A stretch of DNA of 64,000 nucleotides from Curvularia clavata (Eukaryota), in NCBI GenBank assembly GCA_023920165.1, contig CP089275.1, forward strand, positions 1,674,001-1,738,000, written 5' to 3'. Within the stretch, counting starts at the first letter, position 1. Every line of letters begins with the position of its first letter. The position numbers and the translations under genes were made by a program. The notes below the pieces were generated by a model. It saw nothing but the letters and a program-made list of their open reading frames with translations. It was not told the DNA's origin and did no database searches. Shown here piece by piece: positions 53,061-64,000 of the stretch.

Positions 53061-54380
53061 CTGGCGTTATCTTGGGATCTAAAGTGGATGCACGATTCGG
53101 ACTGCAAATCGATCGAATTCGTTCCCGCGCTCCCGTGTGTCGTCTTGTCTGGCTGCGGCTGCTTGCTGTTGCTTTTTCGCATGCGGTGAATTCTGCTAGT
53201 GTGGTACCCGACGATCTCTGGGCGTGTGGGTCGTCTCGGGCTCGCCGTGGGTGATTGCGATGGGGTCGCGGAAGCTTGCTAGAAATGGTGCGGGTAGTGG
53301 GGGAAGGCAAGGTTCCGGGATATTATCGTTCGTGAGGTGGAGTTGTTTGGGTTACGATATAGTGGGTTCGTTTGGATAAGGGATGTGGGTTGTGTTTGCG
53401 CTGCTCGAGCAGAGGAGTGCGAATGGTGCGTGGTGACGGATGCAGGGGCTCGTTCTCTTTCTTCGTGAGTTCTTCTGAAGACTTTTCATTACTTTTAGGG
53501 TTTCTGTAAGTCATTCGATAAATTCACTGGATAGAAAAGGATGGCTCCCTTGTGAACATTGAGAAAGTTTAGCATACTGGATTATGGTGCCTTTAACCAT
53601 AGGGACAATGATATATCGGCCAGCTGTGATACTTTCAAAAGGATCTGAACAGTGGTACGGATTGCAAGTTCAGCAATGCCATGATTCATTTTCGAAGGCG
53701 TCGAGGGTGGTTGTACGAAGAGATGTTTTCCGCATCGACGATGTGAGCTAGAGTCGTCAAGCTAGATGTTTGCTCAGTGATACATCATTTTCTTTGTTCA
53801 ATCCATTGACCCTTGGAAAAGTGCATTTCCTGCTCATAGCCCCTCATGATTCATTCACGTCAGAGATGGGGACGCTAGATACCCATATTTAGGCACTCAT
53901 CAATACTGTAGTTGGTTAGACGACGCTCTGGAAGTCGGTGGTGTGGGTTGACTGGTGAAGTAAGAATCGTATTGTCTTGTGGAATTTGGAAGGTGGTAAG
54001 CTGCACTATCTCTACGATGTCATATTCTCGCAATTTACGTGAGAAATCCCACCAACAGCTTTAGTTTCGATAGGATACAGAATGGAGGCGTGGGCGAATT
54101 GCTGCTCATTCTGGCACACTACAGGCATCAAGTACATTTCTGCGATATCTACAGCAAGATAACGCATCTATAGACTTGTTGTATTATTTCCTGAAACTAC
54201 TTGTCTGGTCAGTGTGCAAACAGATAGACTACTCATACATACACACTATACTTTTTCTGTGAGCACAAATCTTGGAGGCAGCGCTGCTAAATGATAGTAG
54301 AATTTAGGGAAAAACAGTCTTCACATCAAGGGCCACCGTAGGAGTTATTGTCTTCAAGTAGGATCCACATTAGCATTCAA

Positions 54381-55958
54381 TTAGATACTTATAATGTCAT
54401 TGGTATAACTAGTCGTCGCAGAATTGACGACTGAGCGAACACTTCCACTCTTGAAGCTACACTCAATGAGCGCACTTTGGTTTTTCCGGTCATACTCAAT
54501 CAATGCAACAGCACAAACGCGCCCTGATTCTGCATTCGGATTTTCTCTCTCGTCCCACATCAACTCAGCCAGAGTCTGAGACCCGTACGACTGCGACGTA
54601 CCTGCCGTGACGTGTGTTTTGAACAGGCGTTCCTCTACAAGAATAACTTCGTGAGCTATCGCAGCCATATAGGGCCCGTCCCAAACTCCTTCTTGGCCAC
54701 TTGATTTCAGCAACGCAAGTGCTTTGCTCCGTATTTCAGGTTTTCTACATTTCAACACAGTGAAGTAGAGCGGCTCAACCAACTCCAGCTCCAAAGTAAA
54801 CAACTTGGAGTTCTCGGCTTGAAGAATCCCGTCAGCGAGCGTTGTGATTCTGTCGAAGAAGTTTTGATATGTATCGAATGCAGTTTCGCAAGCTTGACGA
54901 AAGGCATCTAGCCGCATCAACATGATCATGTATCGGATATGTAAGAGATAACACTGCCTTACTTCGTGCACATATTTTGATCGTGAAGACCCTTTGCGTT
55001 GTTCCAGTAAGCACAAAAGTGGTTGGAAATGCGTGTTCCAATCTTCGAGACCAGTTATCAGGAGGTCGATCATCTGATGGTCGCATCGCATCGCTTGATG
55101 ACATTGGTACTCCAAGCTGGCTAGGTGGTCACCAAACTTTCTGAGCGCTTTCTGTGCATGTCTTGGGTCATCAGTCTCTTGTCCGTCTGCCTCTGCAGTC
55201 AGAGAGATAGCTGCGGGTATGAGATTCGCCCTCGAAGGTGTCCGAGCACCTACGAAACTGAGAGCGTGAATTTCTAGCCTTGCAAAAACTCTTCTTATAG
55301 CCTCAAAATCGGTGTTGCGACGGTGTCTCACTCTTCTTTCCGACACATCCAGTGCACTCAAAGCTCCCTCAAGATGTGTAAGTGCAGCTAAGTCGTTGCC
55401 TCTCATAAGCTCAAACACGATGGCCAGAAACACGGCAAACAGTACTTCCATCAGACCATCTGTACTCGTGCTTTCCTCTAAGCACTGTCGAATCAGCTGT
55501 AATGACTGTCCGTGGTGCAAGAGTGCATATCTTTCTTGGGACAGATCAATTACAGTCTTGTGCTTGCTCTTAGCAAATGCCTCGAGTTGCGATGACAGGG
55601 CGAGCATCGCATGCCGGATCATATTTTGCGACACACTTCTTTGGAGTATCCCGAGGATGAAGTCCTGGTCCAAGTAGTTGAGAAGTCTGGTGGAAAGATG
55701 CTGGAACACAACAAAATGTCGACCATCCCTTTCTGATTCCATATATCTTGGTGGCAGTACAATAAGCTGTGCATCATGTCTGCCCACCTCTTGAAATTGG
55801 TTACGAAAAGGGTCCAAATATCCGCATGTCCTTTTTGAGGCTATGCAGTTCCCACATGTTGGTTTCGCTCCGTCACACTTCTTCCTTCGCAGCTTGCACG
55901 TCGAACAGCCGCTGCGTACGCGCGTCGTGCATTTTCGCCTAGCAGTCGTCTGGATCAT
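54381..55958 (-). CDS. Zn(II)2Cys6 transcription factor, intronless, 525 aa
   Basis: RVRSGCSTCKLRRKKCDGAKPTCGNCIASKRTCGY, IRHAMLALS, ALTHLEGAL and PLYFTVLKCRKPEIRSKALALL...EGVWD. Confidence 0.93.
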   Translation of the reverse strand: MIQTTARRKCTTRVRSGCSTCKLRRKKCDGAKPTCGNCIASKRTCGYLDPFRNQFQEVGRHDAQLIVLPPRYMESERDGRHFVVFQHLSTRLLNYLDQDFILGILQRSVSQNMIRHAMLALSSQLEAFAKSKHKTVIDLSQERYALLHHGQSLQLIRQCLEESTSTDGLMEVLFAVFLAIVFELMRGNDLAALTHLEGALSALDVSERRVRHRRNTDFEAIRRVFARLEIHALSFVGARTPSRANLIPAAISLTAEADGQETDDPRHAQKALRKFGDHLASLEYQCHQAMRCDHQMIDLLITGLEDWNTHFQPLLCLLEQRKGSSRSKYVHEVRQCYLLHIRYMIMLMRLDAFRQACETAFDTYQNFFDRITTLADGILQAENSKLFTLELELVEPLYFTVLKCRKPEIRSKALALLKSSGQEGVWDGPYMAAIAHEVILVEERLFKTHVTAGTSQSYGSQTLAELMWDERENPNAESGRVCAVALIEYDRKNQSALIECSFKSGSVRSVVNSATTSYTNDIISI

Positions 55959-56316
55959 TTGAGCGTAAAGTTTTCCACAATGAACAATAGTAGACCTAAA
56001 TTTCCTTCTCCTGAGTTGCGCGTCTTAGCCACTCCGAAGCTTGGCGCGCGTAAACCGCTCCCCTTTGGGTTAGGGAGCGTACCAAACTCGTTGTATGGTC
56101 CCGAAGGGGATTAGCTTGCCCTTTGCTGAGACGGCTGAGAGCCTCAAGAACGAAGCCATGTAGGCAATCTCTACTTCTATTGAGCTTTTAACTACGACAA
56201 AATGGGCTAATTTTACGCCTGTTGCCTGCCTCTGGCCTTTGTATAAATCTATTCAGGGCTTTCCCTTCAAGTCGTCATCACACGCTTGACCTCCATTTGC
56301 ACATATCTCCAGCTCC

Positions 56317-58020
56317 ATGGCCAATCTACGTATCAACATGTCAAACTTGATACAAATTGGATTTTTGAGCATTGCTATCAGCTTCTCGGTCATAGCCTTG
56401 GTATTGCTCGGTTGGAATGCCGTAAGTACACTTCGAGGCAAAACATGCGGATCAATTAACTCTGTTGCAGTCATTCATAGGACATCCGGGTCCAGACACT
56501 GTCCACAGTCACTTCAGTGGCCTCATTTTCTGTGCCGCCTTGCTTTTTGATAGCCTACAGCTGCTGAAACTGGTACTGTGGCGTAGGCAGACCAGACCAT
56601 TCGGGATTCTCGCTCGACTCTCTATTTCTATTCTTTGGCTTTATTGGATTGTCATTACGCTTTCTGGGTTCATTTGCGCGATAGAATACGGCAGAGTTCC
56701 GAAACCAGATGCAGTTGGGATTCAAACTGTCATCATCTTGAACGGGGTTGCTGCTTTGTCGAAGCTTGCTCTAACATGGTGGAGCTATAGAAAGGCAGAA
56801 AAAGACGACAGGGCCAGTCAAGCTCTGGAAAAGGAGCCAGTTACGAAGAGATGCGTGCTAGCTTCTGGAAGATATATAAACCGCCTTCTAAAGCTCGTTC
56901 GATTTATGATTTCGGTATTATTCATAGTCGGAGCTCTGCGGTTAGCAAGTCAGTACCGCTTCAACAATCCGTAAGTCGTGCGATGCTGTCAACTACCCTT
57001 TAATTTTGGCTAAAACTGTCGCAGAGGCTCTGTTGTTCATACCATTCTACCATCTGGTACCAAGATATCAACGAATTATTACTGCACGGCAGTACCATCG
57101 GTCAACTCAACGTCTTTGCCAACAATTTGGTTCGAGTCATCCGCAGCTCACGGTGTGACCGATTTTCTGGGAGTACAAACCTTTTTGGCGGAATCACACG
57201 GTCGTAATTCCTGCTCATACGATCCTCCTAACTTTGGATGGTCATCTCGGTGGCCTGCATCGGAGAAGCTGGATCTTAATGCTGTCTTTGATCCGCTTCT
57301 TGCAGCCATTGGCCGCCAGGGAGAAAAGAAAGTACTCGCCGGCTGGGGTGGAGGTGCTGAAAATGTTCTCAAACACGCGAGGCAAAACCCGACAACTGTT
57401 GAAGGGGTTGTGTTTCTGGATGCTTCTCCCAACGGTATCGAGTGGTTGGATCGAAAGCGAGCCCTGAATCTTACAATGAAGGAGACCATTGATTTTGCCA
57501 AAACTGACATGAGGGGGCGAGTCACTCTAGCGCAAATTATTCTTACGTTAGGCATTCCTTGGTATGTACAACAGTTCTCATCACAGCTCACAGCGTGTTG
57601 AAGTTGCTGTTCTGATTCTCTCATAGGGGCCTATTGCCGATATTTGTCCCAGCGAATGAGACAGGGTATTTTGATCAAGCTGAATACCCGAGACATCATG
57701 CTCAGTCACTGAAGGAAGATATGTGGGCGATGCAATACTACCAGCTCGTTGATCAAAGCTCGAGCCCATTTGGAGTAAAATTGGAAGACTTACAACTGCC
57801 AAACGATATCTCTGTCTACGGTATCGCAACATACAACTCCGGCAGTGACACCGCCAGCGATCAATTCTATCGATATGAGAAGGTCCAACTCGCCAATTCT
57901 GTTTCAGCTGGGAACATCACAAAGCCGTTCGTTTGGTGCGAGGAAGCTGATTGTTCGTTGTCGTTCCCGGTTGTCAAGCCCGCATGGACTGCGAATGCTT
58001 TGATTAGTCTTGGGATATGA
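56317..58020 (+). CDS. Integral membrane protein (about 5 TM) fused to an alpha/beta-hydrolase-fold domain, 4 exons
   Basis: Exons 56317-56421, 56471-56970, 57026-57562 and 57627-58020 with canonical splice sites. Hydrophobic N-half, then PTIWFES, CSYDPPNFGWS, VLAGWGGGAE and VEGVVFLDASP. Confidence 0.85.
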
Positions 58021-59527
58021 CCCAACTCTCTGGTCCATGCACCGGTTTTTGAAGCAGTCGCTCTTCGGAGTCAAAAATGAGCAACTATGGCGTGAGACTT
58101 AGCAATGTAGTTTTTTTAACCTGCAAATGCATCGTTCATAATTTGTTTAAATGCTGGATGTTCAGTATGGTGCTTGTGGTGCACCCATTCAGCTTCAATG
58201 TTGTGCCTCATTTGTTCCCATATGTCACCTTCCATATTGGACCCCTACCCTGCTTAACACATCGAACGATGTTTCTCGTGATCTATTGCTTTGGAAATTG
58301 ATCGAGGTCGCTGCACAAGCGACTATACAACCTTAATATCAGGAATGGGCAAGGTTAGAGGGAAACAGGGTGATCCCTTCATATTAAAGTTCGTGGCTTG
58401 ATGCTTGTTCAATGTAAGCCTGACGGTCCTGTGCTTAGACACCCCACGAAGCGAACGAGATTGCATAACTCTTTCTGTATTGGGACACAAGGCCCCCGAT
58501 AGAATCAATGAACCGTTGAAAACCTTGCTCAACGGGCGGGTGTCGCCAGGGGTAGGACAGAACCCCACAGGATCGACGGAAAGGCCAACAAGAACACCAT
58601 TCATTGCATCGAATGACCATATTTCTCCAATTTACGTGGTGTTGAGTAAAATGTGAAAATTGCGCTGACTCTGTTCAGCTTATCGCAAGATTCTCTATTG
58701 TCAATCCGGGTTGTTCGCCGTCCTTAGTGTCGGGGCTGGCATTTTAGACTTCCAGAACGTATTGCCAAGTACCGAACTTGATGCGGAACGGTTGGTCAAT
58801 GGTTTGCCAATGCTCTCTCCACACGGAGCACCAACGGGAACGCCGAAGACCCTTTTCGGTACCCTGGATTGTCGGGTAGATTTGCCACTCTTCCTTGTGC
58901 GCGACACGACCCTTCAAGCTCAGACTTGACTCTTGCAATCGCAGATGCATTAGAGCTGCAAAATCTTTTGAATGTCCGCCCGCAGTCAGTCGTGCCTTCG
59001 CAACATGTGTTACGGTACGAGCTTGACATGTGGTCCAAAAAGATCAAAAGGCCCGATGAGAGATATTGCGCAAAATCACACTACCCGTGTTTGGCAGGTT
59101 AGACGTTGGTGGCTGCAGTTCCCTCGGGGACTCGATAACCCATGTTTCAGACCTTGAGTTGAACGAGGCTGCATAGAATGCAATAGGCCGTTGAGTACTG
59201 AATTGCGATACCATTCAGCAGGACCAGCATGTGCGTGTGGCAATCATTGCTTTTTCTCCGGTTAACCATTGCGACGAGGGCCATCCACAGTCGAGAGATG
59301 CGCCCTGCGTAGAGATACTGACATGAGACCTGGAAAGTCCAGCCAAGCGGTGCCTCCCCACCTCGGTTGGCAACCGAGACGGCTCGCATGAACAGATTCG
59401 TATCCCATGCAAGAAGAACCGGGCCCCAGCATGCACGTTGCTACGGATTATTTTACGTGCGTGTCCTTCCTTCTTCGTTGTCAACCACCGATGGTGACTA
59501 TGAACTTGCTGCCGTAGACCGTTAGAG

Positions 59528-62500
59528 ATGGAGTCGCTTGATAGGATCGAGCCGGAGTCGGCAAGCCCGTCAGCATCAGCGCAACCAGCCGGTCGGGTAC
59601 TAGAGACCGACCGAGAGTTACCGACATCCGCAGCACCACCCGACGACCGCGACTCTACTATCGCACCGCCCATCGATGACCACGGCATTTCTTTGCGCGA
59701 GGTCGACCCGGTATCTGTGCGACTTGAGCATCTGACTGTGTCGGTTGATGAGTCCCCAAATACTTTTGCCCGCCTCTTTTCCAAAAAGAAACCGAAACCG
59801 GACTTCAATCATGTCAAAACTATCCTGGACGATATTTCGGCAGACATGCCAGCTGGCAGTCTTACTGCCATCATTGGAGGGAGTGGAAGCGGAAAGACGT
59901 CCTTGCTGAATTCCATGAGTGGACGGTTGGCTGTAGGAAACCGGCTAGCTACTTCAGGTCGCACCTTGTTCAACGGTAGTGAAGACCCTTCGCAAATCAG
60001 AAGCGCTTATGTCATCCAGCAAGACATACTCCTTCCGACTCTGACGGTTCGAGAAACGCTCATGTATGCTGCCCAATTGCGGCTGCCATCATCAGTTACC
60101 CAGGAAGAGAGGAAGCGGCTTGTGAACGAGGTCATCCTCGAACTAAGCTTGAAAGAAGCAGCCGACACGAGAATCGGCAACAATGAGCACAAGGGCTGCT
60201 CGGGTGGAGAGAAGAGAAGGACTAGCATTGGAGTCCAACTTCTGTCGAACCCTTCGCTACTTTGGCTAGATGAGCCGACCACTGGATTGGATTCGACCAG
60301 CGCGTTCCAGGTGATCAAGACTCTGCAGACACTGGCAAGAAAAGGAAGGACCATAATCGTAACCATTCACCAGCCGCGCTCCGAGATATGGGACTTGTTC
60401 GACAATGTCATCCTTCTATCTAGAGGAAGCCCCGCCTATGCTGGCAGCGCTAAGGAATGCCTACCGTACTTCGCCGAACTGGGACATGAAATGCCACCAT
60501 TCACAAACCCGGCAGAGTATCTGATTGACGTTGTCAGCATTGACAATCGCAGTGCAGAAGCAGAGCAGGCAGCCCAGGAACGCGTCGGTCGCGTGATCGA
60601 GGCGTGGAGAGTACATTGCAATAGCACGTCGAATGAGAAAGAAGGAGCTGGTAGCCTGAGCGCGACTGTCACAAAATCTTCCAAAAGAGAAAAGCGGGAT
60701 AATCGCACTTCACTCATTCAACAGACCCGTGTCCTTACCGCAAGGACATGGACTGTAACGATTCGTGACCCGATGGGTAAGTGGCCTAGCGAATCAATGG
60801 TCTCAGAGACTAACCTTGAAAATTAGGTATGTTTGGAAGTCTGGTTGAGGCCATCGGCATGGCAGTAATTACAGGCTGGATATTCCTCCAGCTCGATGGA
60901 TCTTTATCTGGCATACGATCTCGCCAAGGAGCACTTTACAACGCAGCTGCGCTCCAAGGATATCTCATCCTGCTGTACGAAACATACCGACTTACCACCG
61001 ATATCCAACTCTTTGACGAAGAAGCACGACAAGGCGTCGTCAGCATACCCGCCTTCCTCATCTCCAGAAGGCTGGCCAGGATATTCATTGAGGACATCCC
61101 CGTGCCCCTTATCTTCTCCCTAATCTACTACTTCTTTTGCGGCTTTCGTACGGACGGAGGTCAGTTCCTCACCTTCTTCGGTATAATATTGCTTCACCAG
61201 TACATCGCTGTCTGCTTCGCGATGACTTGCGTTGCTGTCTCGAGGCATTTTGCCGGTGCAAGTTTGGTTGCTAACCTTGCATACACTCTGCAATCCATGG
61301 CCTGTGGTTACTTCATCCAGTCAAACACCATCCCAATCTACGTGCGTTGGACCAAGTGGATCGCTTACGTCTTCTACGCTTTCGGGGCTTTGTGCGCCAA
61401 TGAGTTTAGCGGCCAATTCTACGACTGTCCACTCGAAGGCGGACGATCGAACCCTGCCTGCAAAGAATACGACGGCGACTTCATCATGGCGTCGCTTGGA
61501 CTCCCAAACAACTGGGTTTGGAGGCCCATACTCGCGCTTCTTGGGTTCGCAATCGCCTTCTACGTAGGCGCTGGTGTGTTGCTTAAGTTCTGGAACGCCG
61601 AGATTGCCATGGCGCGCGCAAGACCTACCAACATGGATGCTTCTGCCGGAAAGGAGAAGATGAGTGCGCGGCCGCCAGAGAATGTGAGAACCATCGACAT
61701 TCGACTGGACAGCTATGGAATGGATGTTGAGAAACGCTCGCTGCGGAAACGTGCGACAAAGACCATCTTGAACCCGATCACGGCAGACTTCAGACCCGGG
61801 TCTCTGAACGTAATCATGGGGCCATCGGGGTCCGGAAAGACTTCTTTGCTGAACAGCATGGCCATGCGACTCAAGGACGATACATTAACGCGATACAAAC
61901 AATATGGATCAATGACCTACAACGGACTGATACCTGCTCGGGAAGTTGTCCACTCAATTTGCTCTTTTGTCACCCAGGACGACGACGCACTTTTGGCTTC
62001 GCTCACTGTACGTGAGACTCTGCGTTATGCAGCTGGATTGCGTTTGCCAAAATGGATGTCTAAAGAGCAGAAGATTCAAAAGGCCGAAGAAATCCTCCTC
62101 AAAATGGGTCTCAAGGATTGCGCAGACAACCTCATCGGCAACGATCTTGTCAAGGGCATCAGTGGTGGTGAGAAGCGTCGAGTTACGATTGCTGTGCAGA
62201 TCCTGACTGAGCCGCGAGTGCTGTTGCTTGATGAACCTTTGTCAGGACTAGACGCATTCACGGCTCTTTCTATCATCGACGTGCTCCGTGGTCTAGCACA
62301 AGAAGGCCGCACGCTCATAGTGACAATCCACCAGCCACGAAGTGACTTGTTTGGCCATTTTGGTAATGTTCTTCTGTTGGCACGCGGTGGACACCCAATC
62401 TACGCAGGCCATTCTACCGACATGTTGCCTCACTTTGCAGGTCTAGGCTATGAATGCCCAGAACACGTCAACCCTGCTGACTTTGCTCTCGACCTTATTA

Positions 62501-63600
62501 CAGTCGATCTCCAGCATGAAGCGCGCGAGGCGGCCAGTAGGAAGAAGGTGCGAAAGCTCATTCAATCGTGGAATGCCGATGCCTTCCCCATTGCTCGTAC
62601 CGGCTCGATTACCACCCCTGCGGAATTGGGAAGTATGGCGCGGGAGCCGTCGTCATTCCTTGCAGCATACTCGATCCTGATCCGCCGCGCGACGAAGAAC
62701 ATGTTTCGCCAACCAGATATTATCATTGCACGAATCATGCAAGTTGTGGGTCTGGGTCTCGTCCTTGCACTCTACTTCGCGCCTCTAAAAACCGATTATT
62801 TCTCTGTGCAAAACAGACTCGGATTCTTGGTGGAAATTGCGCCACTCTATTTCGTTGGAAGTAAGTATTATTCTCTGTGAAGCACTGAATCTCCCTGACA
62901 TCATGCAGTGCTGAACAATATCGCCGTTTATCCAACTGAAAGGGATGTGTTCTATCGGGACTACGACGACCGCGTCTACGGTGTAGAGGCATTCTTCCTC
63001 ACATACATCTCCATCACAACTCCTTTTGAAATCATCAGCTGCCTCGTCTTCTCAGTCCTTGCCGTCTTCGCCGTTGGCCTGGAACGTAATGCGCAAACAT
63101 ACTTCATCATCACCTTCAACGCCTTCTGCATCACCAGCTGTGGCGAGAGTTTGGGTATCGCTTTCAACACGCTCTTCACCCACACGGGATTTTCGGTCAA
63201 CTGCATGTCCGTCTTTCTCAGCGTTGCCCAGGTTATGGGAGGTGTTCTTTCACTCGATGTTCCCGATTTCTTGCAAGCTTGGAACCATCTTTCGCCCGTC
63301 AAGTGGGCAGTCGGAAACATGGCACCATTTACACTGCGCGGATTGAAATTTACTTGCGAAGATTGGCAGAGGGTCAACGGACAATGTCCCATTCAAACCG
63401 GAGAGCAGGTGCTTGACTTGTACAGGCTGAACAAGAACCCCAAGATGAACCTTATGGCGCTGGGTATCTGCGCTATCGTTTATCGCTTCCTTGCGTACGT
63501 TGTGTTGAAGATGGTCAAGGAAAGGTGGATCGGCAGACTGTGGAGGAAGATGGGTGGTGGCAAGAAGAAATATACTGCTCAGATAACGCATGATGAGTGA
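59528..63600 (+). CDS. Full-size ABCG transporter, (NBD-TMD)2, resembling the YOL075C type, 3 exons
   Basis: Two canonical NBDs: GGSGSGKTS/CSGGEKRR/LDEP and GPSGSGKTS/ISGGEKRR/LDEP, each with TIHQPR and followed by a TMD. Introns about 60777-60826 and 62861-62908. Confidence 0.97.
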
Positions 63601-63860
63601 CGCGGGCATGTTGCGAATGTATGAAGAAATGTGTAATTGGTAATAATATTATGGAAATCAAATCATTCTGAAGAATTATGCTCTACATTGTCCTCATGAT
63701 GTTTGAAAAGATGCTCGATACAAAGAGGTCCGGAATGAATCGTAGTAATCACAACTCCACATCCAGACGGCAACCACGAAAATACAGCCAACATCTGCGC
63801 CCACACCAGCTAAAGAAGAAAGATAAGACCTTTCCGCCAACGCCCTCCCATCTAACCACT

Positions 63861-64000
63861 CTAAACCCTATGGCCCCATAGATGCAATGAATTTCCACCC
63901 ACCCTGTTCCTCGTATTATCCCACCCAGCATCCTTCATCGTCAGCACCTTTGACACCGCATCATTATACCTAAACGTCTGGCCCTTCTCCCAAAGCCCAT
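63861..64000 (-). CDS. Possible 3' end of a gene entering from beyond the window
   Basis: Open frame GLWEKGQTFRYNDAVSKVLTMKDAGWDNTRNRVGGNSLHLWGHRV*, convergent with the ABC transporter. No family recognised. Confidence 0.3.
   Translation of the reverse strand, partial: GLWEKGQTFRYNDAVSKVLTMKDAGWDNTRNRVGGNSLHLWGHRV

Noticed and set aside
56064..56075. TTTGGGTTAGGG telomere-like sequence
   Set aside because: Only one perfect TTAGGG unit, which is expected by chance.
58323..59160. Short ORFs including a VLSVGAG (methyltransferase motif I-like) string upstream of the ABC gene
   Set aside because: A single short motif with no further supporting motifs.
46714..63600. Two TFs, a hydrolase and an ABC transporter read as a secondary-metabolite cluster
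   Set aside because: No PKS, NRPS, terpene synthase or tailoring enzymes occur within the window. A backbone gene beyond the right edge cannot be excluded.

Overview
Eukaryotic, intron-containing genomic DNA from a filamentous ascomycete. The short GT-AG introns with CTAAC/CTGAC branch points and the protein style suggest Dothideomycetes/Pleosporales (inference). I can support about 19 protein-coding genes. Housekeeping genes: FEN1/RAD27, glutaryl-CoA dehydrogenase, UBC4, TPS2, clathrin light chain, RTT103-like, CDC37 and CFT2. Others: a PhzF-family protein, an APC amino-acid permease, an AA9 LPMO, two Zn2Cys6 transcription factors, a full-size ABCG transporter, a stand-alone BRCT protein, an unnamed 462-aa protein, a Trf4-like nucleotidyltransferase, a membrane alpha/beta-hydrolase-fold protein and a spliced 79-aa microprotein that the ORF track misses. 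I found no rRNA, tRNA, CRISPR array, intact transposon or secondary-metabolite backbone gene. The best leads are: (1) a divergent pair of a Zn2Cys6 TF and a membrane alpha/beta-hydrolase-fold protein that lacks the catalytic serine, next to the ABCG pump; (2) an apparently mitochondrially targeted non-canonical poly(A) polymerase with Gln at the third catalytic Asp position; (3) the hidden microprotein; (4) a 5-nt micro-exon carrying a catalytic Asp of FEN1; (5) 5'UTR introns that enclose uORFs; and (6) decayed pseudogenes (ankyrin, F-box-like, OTU-like) in the gene-poor gaps. Gene models and family calls are by eye; no database search was run.
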